Source of the DNA: Terriglobia bacterium
GTDB taxonomy: Bacteria > Acidobacteriota > Terriglobia > 2-12-FULL-54-10
Direction of reading: 5' to 3'
Assembly: GCA_963666975.2 (NCBI GenBank)
Contig: CAXVYR010000004.1
Span: 960,001 to 1,024,000 of the forward strand
DNA length: 64,000 nucleotides
The notes under the pieces: model-generated
Told to the model about the DNA's origin: nothing
The model's input: only the letters and a program-made list of their open reading frames with translations
The model's database searches: none
Shown: positions 1 to 9,118 of the stretch, piece by piece
Position numbering within the stretch: position 1 is the first letter of the stretch
Layout of the letters: each line of letters starts with the position of its first letter
Translations under genes and position numbers: made by a program

Positions 1-1
1 A

Positions 2-337
2 CGCGCAGAGAGAATGGCTGATCTCATCCGCCAGGAACTGAGCGAGTTGCTGGAGCACAAGCTGAAGGACCCGCGAGTTGGCTTTGTCACCATCACGGGC
101 GTGGATTTTTCCGGGGACCTGCGCACGGCCCGCGTATCTGTCAGCATCCTGGGGGACGAAGAGCAGAGGAAACAGAGCCTGAAAGGGCTGGCGGCGGCGA
201 AGAGTTTCCTGCGCTATCAGTTGTCACATCGGCTTCGCCTGCGGCACACCCCGGCAGTTGAGTTTCAACTGGACCGGACACTGGAATCGGAGGAGCGGAT
301 CGAAGAACTGCTCCGGCGCGTGCGGGATGAATCCTAG
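2..337 (+). CDS. rbfA: Ribosome-binding factor A (5' end outside window)
   Basis: Frame is open from base 2 (RAERMADLIRQELSELL..KDPR..VTIT.V..S.DL..A.V; LRLRHTP.VEFQLD). Directly upstream of truB, the canonical order. Confidence 0.95.
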   Translation, partial: RAERMADLIRQELSELLEHKLKDPRVGFVTITGVDFSGDLRTARVSVSILGDEEQRKQSLKGLAAAKSFLRYQLSHRLRLRHTPAVEFQLDRTLESEERIEELLRRVRDES

Positions 338-351
338 GGGGCTGCTACTCT

Positions 352-1257
352 ATGGACGGCGCCGTTATACTGGACAAGCCGAAAGGAATTACCTCCCATA
401 CCGCCGTGCAACGCGCGCGGCGTCTGCTGTCGGAACCCCGCATCGGTCATTTAGGAACGCTGGACCCTTTTGCCACGGGCGTTCTAGTCCTGCTTGCGGG
501 CATCGCCACCCGTCTGGCCCGATTTTACCGGGACCGGGAGAAAAGCTATGAAGGGATCATTCGGTTTGGCTACTCCACCGACAGTTTCGACTGCACGGGG
601 ACGCCCACCTCTCCCCGGCAGGAGCCATGCCTCGATGCCGGTGAGCTTCGCCGCCTGTTCGGGGAGTTTGTCGGAGCCATCGACCAGCAGCCTCCGCCGT
701 TTTCCGCGAAGAAGGTCGGCGGCGTCCGGGCCTATCGTTTAGCCAGGAAAGGGGAGGAGCCGCGGCTGTCACCGGTCCGTGTATGCGTTCACGCACTGGA
801 GTTGCTTTCCGTCGAGGGTCCGCTGGCGGCCTTTCGGGCGCGCGTTTCCTCGGGGACTTATATCCGCTCGCTGGCGCACGATTTGGGAGAACGAGTGGGA
901 GTAGGCGCTCACCTCGCCGAGCTGCGGCGAACCGCCGTGGGAGAGTTTGCCGTTGCCGATGCGGCTGATTTGGCCCAACTGGAGGACAGAGTCCGGCAAG
1001 GTGAGGGCAGGAACTTTCTGATCTCGCCGGAGAACCTGCTTCCGGAATTTCCGGCCGTTGCCCTGGAACCGCTGGCCGCCCGGCGGGTATTGCATGGAAA
1101 CAGCCTGGAGATCCAGTCGGCTTCTCCGTGGGTGAGGCTGCTTCACGACTCCGGCAAATTGCTGAGCATTGCGGAGCGTGCCGGAGAGGGTCTGTTCCAC
1201 CCCGTTGTAGTTTTCAACCGCAATGCGGAATCGGAACCTGCCGGTTCTCTGCGGTGA
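352..1257 (+). CDS. truB: tRNA pseudouridine(55) synthase TruB
   Basis: LDKPKGITSH, GHLGTLDPFATGVL (catalytic Asp), QQPPPFSAKK, SSGTYIRSLAHDLG. Confidence 0.97.
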   Translation: MDGAVILDKPKGITSHTAVQRARRLLSEPRIGHLGTLDPFATGVLVLLAGIATRLARFYRDREKSYEGIIRFGYSTDSFDCTGTPTSPRQEPCLDAGELRRLFGEFVGAIDQQPPPFSAKKVGGVRAYRLARKGEEPRLSPVRVCVHALELLSVEGPLAAFRARVSSGTYIRSLAHDLGERVGVGAHLAELRRTAVGEFAVADAADLAQLEDRVRQGEGRNFLISPENLLPEFPAVALEPLAARRVLHGNSLEIQSASPWVRLLHDSGKLLSIAERAGEGLFHPVVVFNRNAESEPAGSLR

Positions 1258-1450
1258 CGTTCTCCGGAGACCTGCCGGTAGAACGCTGCTGCGCTTTTTA
1301 GGGCTGCCTGCACAGGCTGCCGGGAGGATTGACTGAATGCGCACAAGGCATTTCCCTTGCTCTTGTCCCGGCTGCGAGTCCATGATATAAAAGGGTTCAT
1401 TTCGTGCGTCAGTGGGCCAGTGGGCGAAATTGCCCGCTTTTGGGGGACTT

Positions 1451-2032
1451 TTGAGTTTTATCAATTTTGCCGCCAAGGAAATCAACTGCAAGCTGGTGTA
1501 CTACGGGGCGGGTCTCGGCGGAAAAACCACCAACCTGGAGAAAGTCTTCGAGATGTCTCCCAACAAGGGGAAGATGATCTCGCTGGCGACCGAGACGGAC
1601 CGGACTTTGTTTTTTGATTTTCTGCCTCTGGATTTAGGCACTGTGCGCGGGTTCAAAACGCGCTTCCATCTCTACACCGTTCCCGGACAGGTTTTCTACG
1701 ATGCCAGCCGCAAGCTGATCCTGCGGGGCGTGGATGGAGTGGTGTTCGTGGCCGACTCGCAGGAAGAGCGGCTGGATGCCAACCTGGAAAGCATTGAGAA
1801 CCTGGAGGAAAACCTGAAAGAGCACAAATACGATTTGATGACCATGCCCTACGCCTTGCAACTCAACAAGCGGGACCTGCCCAACATCCTGTCCGTCGAA
1901 GAGCTGAAAAAAGAGCTTTGCCGAAAAGACGAGCCGGTGCTCGAGGCGGTGGCCTACAAGGGCGTCGGGGTCTTCGAGACGCTCAAGGAAATCTCCCGCC
2001 TCGTGCTGGCCGAACTGCAAAAGGGCGGCTAG
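1451..2032 (+). CDS. mglA: MglA-family small Ras-like GTPase
   Basis: TTG start at 1451 after GGGGGA gives [27 protein letters not shown]. Also [33 protein letters not shown] and NKRD, the hallmark MglA motifs. Confidence 0.92.
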   Translation: MSFINFAAKEINCKLVYYGAGLGGKTTNLEKVFEMSPNKGKMISLATETDRTLFFDFLPLDLGTVRGFKTRFHLYTVPGQVFYDASRKLILRGVDGVVFVADSQEERLDANLESIENLEENLKEHKYDLMTMPYALQLNKRDLPNILSVEELKKELCRKDEPVLEAVAYKGVGVFETLKEISRLVLAELQKGG

Positions 2033-2070
2033 CCGTTCGTCCAAGAAACTCCACTAGCGGCTTCCTTCCC

Positions 2071-3489
2071 TCAACGCTGGCTGGCTTCCCGCTTCTTCTT
2101 GCCTTTGATCCCAATGTTCAGGCGTTTGATCTTTTGGTTCAGGGTGGACAGCGGTATCTGGAAGCGCTCGGCGGCTTCGGTCTGGCTGCCGCTGGTTGTC
2201 TCCAGCATTTCACTAATAACCCGCCGCTCGCAGTCCTCGATAATCTGAAACAGCGGAGCCTGCGGCTGACCTGCCGGCGCGGGAGAAAAACGCCAGGCCT
2301 TTTTGCCATTGCGGGCTATGGTTTCCGGCAAAATATCCGGACCTGCCTCGGCGTTCGGAGAAAGAATCACGGCCCGTTCCACCGCGTTTTCGAGCTCCCG
2401 AACATTGCCCGGCCAGTCGTAGTCCATCAGGATTTTCATTGTTTCCGGTGAAAAGGTTCGCAGAGGCTTGGCGTTCTCCTCGGAGTATTTTCGGAGGAAG
2501 TGATCTGCCAGCAGAGGAATGTCCTGCTTCCGTTCTCTCAAGGGAGGGAGTTGGAGGTTGATGACGTTCAGCCGGTAGAACAGGTCTTCGCGAAACTTTC
2601 CCTCCTGGACGAGGCGGAGCAAGTCCACGTTGGTGGCGGCCAGGATGCGCACGTCCACCCTCACGGTCTCGGTGCTGCCCAGGGGGATGAACTCCCGCTC
2701 CTGCAGGACCCGCAACAGCTTGGTTTGGGTATCCAGGCCGACGGTTCCGATCTCGTCGAAAAACAGGGTGCCGCGGTCCGCCAGCTGAAAAAAACCCTTC
2801 TTGGAAGCCACCGCGCTAGTGAAAGCTCCCCGCACGTGCCCGAACAAAATGCTTTCGAGCAGGTCCACAGGCATGCTGCCCGTGTTGACCGGCACAAAAA
2901 GCTGTTCGGCCCGGGGACTGTTGGTGTGGATCGCCTTGGCGATCAGTTCCTTACCCGTGCCGCTCTCGCCCTGAATGAGGATGGTCGCCCGGCTGGGCGC
3001 GATCTGCGTGACCAGTTCAAAGAGCTTCAGCATCGGGTCGCTTTTTCCCACAATCTGGGAAAAGTTGTAGCGCTGCTTGAGGGCTCGCTTCAGCTCGTGG
3101 TTTTCCTCCGTCAGCCGCTGTTGCTTTACGATGCTTTCGATTTCCGCCACTAACTTTTCGTTGTCCCAGGGCTTGGTGACGTAATTGCGAGCGCCGAGGC
3201 GCATGGCCTGGACGGCGTTCTCCACCGACCCGTAGGCCGTAATCATGACCACGGCCAGCGAGGCATCGGCGGCGCGAAGCTCCGGGAGCAGGTCCAGCCC
3301 GCTTTTGTCCGGCAGGGAGACGTCGAGCAGGACCACGTCAAACGGCTTCCGCTCGAGCCACTGCAATCCCTCGCCGGCGTTTGCGGCGGACTCAATCTCG
3401 AAGCCTTCCAGGGAGAACAGCGTCTCCAGGCTTTCCCGGATCTCCGGCTCGTCGTCGATCAGCAGCAGAGAACCTTTCGATTCAGGCAT
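2071..3489 (-). CDS. Sigma-54-dependent response regulator (REC-AAA+-HTH, NtrC family)
   Basis: LIDDE..LLDV receiver domain; GESGTGKE Walker A; GAFTSA loop; FFDEIG Walker B; FREDLFYRLNV; WPGNVRELEN; C-terminal Fis-like HTH. Confidence 0.95.
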   Translation of the reverse strand: MPESKGSLLLIDDEPEIRESLETLFSLEGFEIESAANAGEGLQWLERKPFDVVLLDVSLPDKSGLDLLPELRAADASLAVVMITAYGSVENAVQAMRLGARNYVTKPWDNEKLVAEIESIVKQQRLTEENHELKRALKQRYNFSQIVGKSDPMLKLFELVTQIAPSRATILIQGESGTGKELIAKAIHTNSPRAEQLFVPVNTGSMPVDLLESILFGHVRGAFTSAVASKKGFFQLADRGTLFFDEIGTVGLDTQTKLLRVLQEREFIPLGSTETVRVDVRILAATNVDLLRLVQEGKFREDLFYRLNVINLQLPPLRERKQDIPLLADHFLRKYSEENAKPLRTFSPETMKILMDYDWPGNVRELENAVERAVILSPNAEAGPDILPETIARNGKKAWRFSPAPAGQPQAPLFQIIEDCERRVISEMLETTSGSQTEAAERFQIPLSTLNQKIKRLNIGIKGKKKREASQR

Positions 3490-6370
3490 GCACTGCTTTC
3501 CTCAGAATCGGGAACTCCAGCCGGAATCGAGTGCCCAGCCCCTGCGGGCTTTCCACCTGAATTTTCCCGGAGTGTTCATGGATGATGCCGTAGGAGACGG
3601 CCAAGCCGAGGCCCGTTCCGCGTCCTGTGCTCTTGGTGGTGAAAAAAGGATCGTAGATGCGTTTCAGATGTTCCGGAGGGATGCCAATCCCCGTGTCGCT
3701 GATCTCAATGCGCAGCGAGGAGTTTTCCGCCCACGTGGTGATGCGGAGCCGTCCGCCCTCCGGCATGGCGTCTTTGGCGTTCAGGAACAGGTTCAGGAAG
3801 ACCTGCTGCAGTTTGTCGCTGTTGCCGGTAATGGGGGGCAGGTCCGGCTCCAGATGGCTTTCCACCATTATTCCGGCAGGCTGGAACTGGTGCTCCAGCA
3901 GAAGGAGCGTCTCCCGGATGATCTGGTTGATCTCCAGCGCCGAGAAGGATGCGCCCTTGGTGCGGGAAAAGTTCAGAAGACTGTTGACGATCTGGGAGGC
4001 GCGAAACGTCTGGCTGATAATTTTTTCGAGAATCCGGGAATGCTTGTCGCCGGGACGCAAATATTTGGCCAGTATCTGGGCCTGGGTGGAGATGACAGCC
4101 AGAGGAGTGTTGACCTCGTGCGCCACTCCGGCGGCCAGCAGCCCGACCGAGGACAGTTTTTCCGACTGGGCCAGTTGCATCTCCAGTTGCACTCGGTCGG
4201 TTACGTCGTCAAAGACAATCAGCCGCCCGATCGATTCGCAGTCCTGGGACAAAAGCGGCGCGATGGCGATGTTCAACACGCGCTCCTCGCCGTTTGCTCC
4301 GCGCACCCGGTGCTGATGCAGGTTGTGAATGCCTTCGTCCTCGCGGAGACGGTCGAGCTGCTCGGCAAGCTCCGCTGGAAGAATCTCCGCTAATTTTTTG
4401 CCTCGGGAGTCCTTGCGGAAGATGGGATAGATCATCTCGAGCGGCGTGTTCACCGCCTCTACGCGGTCTTCCAGGTCCACTGCCAGCAGTCCCACGTTGA
4501 CCGATTCCAGGATGTTTTCGCTGAACTGCTGCAGCCGCTCGTACTCGCCTGCCTTGGCGGCGAGCGATTCAAACAGCCTGGCATTCTCGACGGCGACGGC
4601 CAGATAGCCGGTGAGCGTCTCCACCAGCGCCACATCCTCTTCGGAAAGAAGCCCGCCTTCCTCCGTTTCACCCAGCCCCAACACGGCCACCGTGCAGTTC
4701 TTGGCCCGGCACGGAAAGTAGTAGTGCAGTTCCATCCGGGAGACGGCGGACTGCCAGGAGGGTTCCTCCAGCCCGCTCTGCCCGCAGTCGCCAAAAAACA
4801 GCCGGTTCGGCCGGGTCTTCTCCGCCGGGGAGCCGGGCTTGTCCAGCAATTGAAGAAAACCGAGGTCGGGCTGTTCCGGCGCCGCGAGCCCCACAGACTT
4901 GTGCAATGCGAAGGAGCCCTTCGCCGCCGGCAGAAAGACCGCCGCCCGGTTTATTTTCAGGGTGTGGATCAACTGATCGAGCAATGCGCCGATCATGCGG
5001 TCCAGGTCGGTCTCCGAACTCAACTCGCGTCCGAAGGCCAGCAACGCTTCCCGGTAGTCATACCGGTTCCGGAGGAAATACCTCTCCAGCTTGGCGCGAA
5101 TCAAGCTGGCGAGCGGCTGAAACAACAGGCCGGTCGCGATGACGGCCAGTACCAGCCCCAGAGTGCCCGCAGCCGGAAAATTCGTGCGGAAGAAGTCGCC
5201 CGCCAGCGCCGCCACAGCCAGATAAACGCCCACCAGCACTCCTGTCGCCAGCGTGCAGGCTATTCCTCTTCCCAGGATGACATCCACGTCCAGCAGCCGG
5301 TGTCGGATCATTGCATAGGAAAAGGCGAGGGGCAAAAAGATCAAAGACAGGGCCGAAAGGTTCATCCACTTGCCGGGTATGATTCCCCAAAAATACGGCG
5401 CCGCGTAGATCGCCGCGAAGGGCACTATCGCCAGCACGGAGCCTCCCAGCACCCAAAGCATCTGCTTGCGAATCACTACGGAGTGCGCCTTCCGATGGGC
5501 TGCCGCCAGCAGGCCGATGCCGGCCAGGAACATCACGACCAGGTAGCCCATTGCCAGACGGTCCAGCAGCTCCCGGACCTCCACCAGCGGCGCCGCGAAG
5601 CGCAGCAGCCCGGAGGCTGCGGCGAGATGCGCCGTCCACAACACCGCAGCAGGTCCATAGATCCACGCTAAAGTTGGGGCCAATATCCGGTTCGGATGCT
5701 GCAGCCCGCTGCCGTGCTGTTGTTTCCTGCCGCCCCCGTGCTGGGTCTGCGGATAAGCCAGGCAGAAATGAGCGAACAAAGCCGGTTGCAGCAAGAGAGC
5801 CGTTACGCTCGTCCAGTAGATGAACCAGTCAAAGGTATCCAGTTTGCCCGTGTAAGAGTACGCGAACAGGATGAAGGAGGTCAGGCAGAACAAGTAAAAG
5901 TGTGTTGCGCGCGGAGCCGTAAAGCGGCGGAACAACACAAAAAGACCCATCAGCAGATACAGCACTCCAACGATCTGCAAGTAGCTGCGAACGCCAGCCG
6001 CCTGCTGCTGTGCTTCCAGGATTACCCCGATCTCCATCGGCGCGCTCTGCCCTTGCCGCAGCACTTGATACCGGCCGAGGGCTCCAGCGCCCAGCCCGAA
6101 CACCTGCCGGCTTACCTCCGCAGTGGTTGCGACAGACTGCCCGTTGATGCTGAGCAGCAGATCGCCCACTTGCAGTCCGGCGGCGGCGGCCGGGCTCCCG
6201 GCGGCGATATCGCGAGCCAAGACCCCGTTCTGGAAATCTACCCAGACGACACCGTCATCAGGAAGCCGGTATTCCCGTTGCTGCCATAGATTCACAACTC
6301 CTGCCAGGACCCCTGCCAGCGTCAGCAGAACCAGCACAATGAGTTGGAGATCAACCCGGAGAGATCGCAT
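3482..6370 (-). CDS. Membrane sensor histidine kinase (PDZ, multi-TM, GAF-like, PAS-like, HisKA, HATPase)
   Basis: GSPAAAAGLQVGDLLLSING (PDZ); many hydrophobic helices; AGVAHEVNTPL (H-box); NLFLNAKDAM, DTGIGI, PFFTTK, GTGLGL. Overlaps the regulator start. Confidence 0.93.
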   Translation of the reverse strand: MRSLRVDLQLIVLVLLTLAGVLAGVVNLWQQREYRLPDDGVVWVDFQNGVLARDIAAGSPAAAAGLQVGDLLLSINGQSVATTAEVSRQVFGLGAGALGRYQVLRQGQSAPMEIGVILEAQQQAAGVRSYLQIVGVLYLLMGLFVLFRRFTAPRATHFYLFCLTSFILFAYSYTGKLDTFDWFIYWTSVTALLLQPALFAHFCLAYPQTQHGGGRKQQHGSGLQHPNRILAPTLAWIYGPAAVLWTAHLAAASGLLRFAAPLVEVRELLDRLAMGYLVVMFLAGIGLLAAAHRKAHSVVIRKQMLWVLGGSVLAIVPFAAIYAAPYFWGIIPGKWMNLSALSLIFLPLAFSYAMIRHRLLDVDVILGRGIACTLATGVLVGVYLAVAALAGDFFRTNFPAAGTLGLVLAVIATGLLFQPLASLIRAKLERYFLRNRYDYREALLAFGRELSSETDLDRMIGALLDQLIHTLKINRAAVFLPAAKGSFALHKSVGLAAPEQPDLGFLQLLDKPGSPAEKTRPNRLFFGDCGQSGLEEPSWQSAVSRMELHYYFPCRAKNCTVAVLGLGETEEGGLLSEEDVALVETLTGYLAVAVENARLFESLAAKAGEYERLQQFSENILESVNVGLLAVDLEDRVEAVNTPLEMIYPIFRKDSRGKKLAEILPAELAEQLDRLREDEGIHNLHQHRVRGANGEERVLNIAIAPLLSQDCESIGRLIVFDDVTDRVQLEMQLAQSEKLSSVGLLAAGVAHEVNTPLAVISTQAQILAKYLRPGDKHSRILEKIISQTFRASQIVNSLLNFSRTKGASFSALEINQIIRETLLLLEHQFQPAGIMVESHLEPDLPPITGNSDKLQQVFLNLFLNAKDAMPEGGRLRITTWAENSSLRIEISDTGIGIPPEHLKRIYDPFFTTKSTGRGTGLGLAVSYGIIHEHSGKIQVESPQGLGTRFRLEFPILRKAVHA

Positions 6371-6443
6371 AAAGTTAAAATTTCTGAACTCAGGTCACTA
6401 GGGTGACACTACACAATGACACTACGCCTAGCGACTATCCATA

Positions 6444-6461
6444 TAGCACGTGGATTTCCAA
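6444..6461 (-). promoter_or_regulatory. Putative sigma-54 (-24/-12) promoter of the kinase/regulator operon
   Basis: Minus strand reads TTGGAAATCCACGTGCTA (GG-N10-GC spacing), about 75 bp upstream of the kinase ATG. Further upstream is an AT-rich tract with an IHF-like AATCAATGAGATA and repeated CCATTTT motifs. Confidence 0.4.
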
Positions 6462-6746
6462 TTATAGAAGCTAATGCAGGCATCTATCTCATTGATTTGA
6501 AAGTATATTATAAAGCAAAAGGAGGTTGGAAGAAAATTAATTATTAAAAATGGTAGGTGGAATATGTAAAATGGAAGCTGCCTCTATCCGTTCGACTAGT
6601 TTCACAGTAGGTGTAGCCATGGAATCCCAAGGAACCGAAGCCGAACCCTTTGAAAGGCAGCATTCCGAAGCGCCGCAATGTGCTCTACACCAACGATGAA
6701 ACGGGTAAAATTGTCAGCGCTGATCATGATGTCTTTGGGTGGTTGG

Positions 6747-8720
6747 TCATGCCGGCGACTTCTGAAAGGAATTGAATATTTGCACATATTGAAGCACGGT
6801 CGACACAAAAGCCGAGTGACTCCATGTCAGAGGGGAAACAGAGAGGGGTCTGGCGTTCATCGGGTGAATTTGTTCGGCAAGAATTCCGGAGGTGAGGGAA
6901 TTTTTAGCACACCATTCAAGGTAGGGTATGGCTTCATGAAGCTGATCGACGGTTTGTGCTCGCGCGATAAGATATTCCGCAACCCAAAGTGTGGCGATTA
7001 CCCAGGGATTGCCCGGGAAATCCTTGGAGTTGCCGGAAGTGGCTTGGTAAGAATCATTTTGGTATCGCGCGAACCCGCCCACAGGGGTTTTGACCCACAA
7101 TTGCTCGCGGATGGCCTCCATGGTTTGGGCCACTTTAAGGTCATGGGCGTCGAGCACGCCCAAGGACACCAAGCCCGCGAGGCTGACGTCCAGCACTTCG
7201 TCAAGCTCGTATCCGGCGTTCTTCCGATAACCCGAACGGGCGTAACGCTTCAATTTCGGATGGTATAGATATTTGGTCAGAGCATTCTTGATCTCGACAG
7301 CTGCCGCTTCATAGGCCGTAGCCAAAGTGTGATCCCGAAATGTCTTAGCAAAGTTTGCTGCCGCCTGCAGCCCCGCAATCACCGCGGCGACCGTAAATGT
7401 GTGCACTCCATAACGCTCTTCCCAAAGGTCGTAGGAGGCGATAGGCAACAAGGTCTCGGCGTCCCGATGGGTAACCAGGAAGTCTGCGGATCTGGTAATG
7501 AGCGGTGTGTACAGAGGTCTGATGAATTCGATGTCCTTGGTGCATTCAAAGTGCATCCAGAGCGCCCATATCACCAGGGCGGTGGAATCCTCCTGAATGG
7601 GCAGGACGACCTTGCCATCCTGTATCCATGGGTGCCAATTGCTGGCCTGGGAGCCGTCGGAATTGTAGTGCTGAAATAGATAGCCTTCGTCCGAGAGGAC
7701 GGAAGAACAGAAGTTGAAGAATCGCCTGCACACCTCGGCATACCCCGACTTGGCCATAGCGGCGGCGACAAAGGCGCCGTCTCGACCCCACATGTAGGAG
7801 TAGGTATCACCTCCGAATCGCACGATGTCGGAATCGTTCGCCGCAATGATCGCTCCCTGGTTGTCGATCTGAGTCCTCAGGACAAGCAGGCTCCGGTTAA
7901 AAAGGTTGATAATTGTTGGGGGCAGGTCGGCGAAGGACCTGGAATCTTTATTGACCCATGTAACCCAGTAGTCCGAGGTCCTCATGATGATTTCCGCCGG
8001 AGAGGTTTCCTCTACGCGCTGATTGAGCTGAACCACTTCTTTGTATTTTGTGCCTGCCGCAATCCAGTAGTGGGCTACCGATCGACCGCCAGGAGGCAAA
8101 CGCAAGCGGATTGCGATCGTCGAATCGCTCGAACCCCAGGCTATCGGATTAGCGCTCAACTCCCCGTCCTCGGCGTCCTTCCGAGTCCCCTTCTCGCCGG
8201 AAAGCTCCTTGGGCCCGCAGGCGAAAAACTCCACTCCGTATTTTCCATTGACGCAACAATTGATGAGGAAATACCGGTTGGCCTTATAGTGGACGATGGA
8301 GCGCGTCCACGGATCAAAATAGGTGGTGTCGCCGATGTCGTTTCCGTAAAGATGAAGATCGTGATGAAAGAAAAGCCTCACATCCCGGTCTTTTTCGTGG
8401 AGGTTCAGGATATGGATTTCCTTCAGGTACACGTTCAGATCGAAATGCACCGCGTCGTGGCAGCGGAGTTCCACACCCAGGCCCTCGTTTTTGAGGGTTA
8501 CGTCAGTGACGGAGCTGAAGTTTTCCCGGTAGCGAAGTTTCTTCTGCCATCCGGCTCCTATCCAGGAGAATTGGCCGTCCACCCAAATTCCAAATAGGGA
8601 AGGATGCCCATTCGACTGATTTTCCTGGCCAATGTACGGGAAATAGATGTCGCGCAGACGGTAGTCGGAGTCAAAATTGAGAAGGAGAGAGCCATTGCTG
8701 ACGGGAATGTCTTTAGGCAT
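6747..8720 (-). CDS. Glycoside hydrolase family 15 (glucoamylase/trehalase-like)
   Basis: YSYMWGRDGA, QEDST, YDLWEER, GNPWVIATLW, LAEQI..SVSPLTWSH motifs. Confidence 0.9.
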   Translation of the reverse strand: MPKDIPVSNGSLLLNFDSDYRLRDIYFPYIGQENQSNGHPSLFGIWVDGQFSWIGAGWQKKLRYRENFSSVTDVTLKNEGLGVELRCHDAVHFDLNVYLKEIHILNLHEKDRDVRLFFHHDLHLYGNDIGDTTYFDPWTRSIVHYKANRYFLINCCVNGKYGVEFFACGPKELSGEKGTRKDAEDGELSANPIAWGSSDSTIAIRLRLPPGGRSVAHYWIAAGTKYKEVVQLNQRVEETSPAEIIMRTSDYWVTWVNKDSRSFADLPPTIINLFNRSLLVLRTQIDNQGAIIAANDSDIVRFGGDTYSYMWGRDGAFVAAAMAKSGYAEVCRRFFNFCSSVLSDEGYLFQHYNSDGSQASNWHPWIQDGKVVLPIQEDSTALVIWALWMHFECTKDIEFIRPLYTPLITRSADFLVTHRDAETLLPIASYDLWEERYGVHTFTVAAVIAGLQAAANFAKTFRDHTLATAYEAAAVEIKNALTKYLYHPKLKRYARSGYRKNAGYELDEVLDVSLAGLVSLGVLDAHDLKVAQTMEAIREQLWVKTPVGGFARYQNDSYQATSGNSKDFPGNPWVIATLWVAEYLIARAQTVDQLHEAIPYLEWCAKNSLTSGILAEQIHPMNARPLSVSPLTWSHSAFVSTVLQYVQIFNSFQKSPA

Positions 8721-8770
8721 TAGCTTTGGGAGGAAGTCTGCAGCATTTTACGGATTGATGTATAGGGGTT

Positions 8771-9055
8771 CGTCAGGGCACGACTTCAGTCGTGCCGCAC
8801 GAGGCCAGCCATTAGGGGTTTTAACCCCTGACGGGACCCGATAGAAACATATGAACCTCAGCGGCTAAACAGGCTGCTGAAAAAAGAACCAAAGTGGTAA
8901 CTTTTGGCGCTCTTCGCCGAAACGTTGGCTCGTAAGTTATTGAATCGTCATTCGGCAAAATTCCGATTTGATCCTTTCGAGCCTTTTTTCAGCAGCCTGT
9001 AAAGCCGCTCTGCCTCCCCTGCTTTTTTCGGCACGGTTAAAACCGTGCCCTGACG
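8771..9055. repeat. REP/REPIN hairpin cluster
   Basis: Hairpins GGCACGAC-TTCA-GTCGTGCC, AGGGG-TTTTAA-CCCCT, GCGGC-TAAA-GCCGC (interrupted) and GGCACGGT-TAAA-ACCGTGCC. Outer arms CGTCAGGGCACG / CGTGCCCTGACG are inverted. Confidence 0.8.
8870..8999. mobile_element. 130-bp MITE with 17-bp perfect TIR and TAAA target-site duplication
   Basis: CAGGCTGCTGAAAAAAG ... CTTTTTTCAGCAGCCTG is flanked by TAAA at 8866-8869 and 9000-9003. Removing it restores the hairpin GCGGCTAAAGCCGC. Confidence 0.85.
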
Positions 9056-9118
9056 CAGATCTCAGTTTCCATCTATACACCAATTTGAAAAATGCTCTAG
9101 CGCGACACAGGAAGCTCC

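Larger units (their letters stand above)
8738..9100. mobile_element. IS630-type MITE with degenerate 28-bp terminal inverted repeats
   Basis: 8738-8765 (CTGCAGCATTTTACGGATTGATGTATAG) matches the reverse complement of 9073-9100 (CTAGAGCATTTTTCAAATTGGTGTATAG) at 22/28. The right end resembles the IS630 right end at 53744-53769 (..TACACTAACAGGAGAAATGCTCTAG). Confidence 0.6.
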
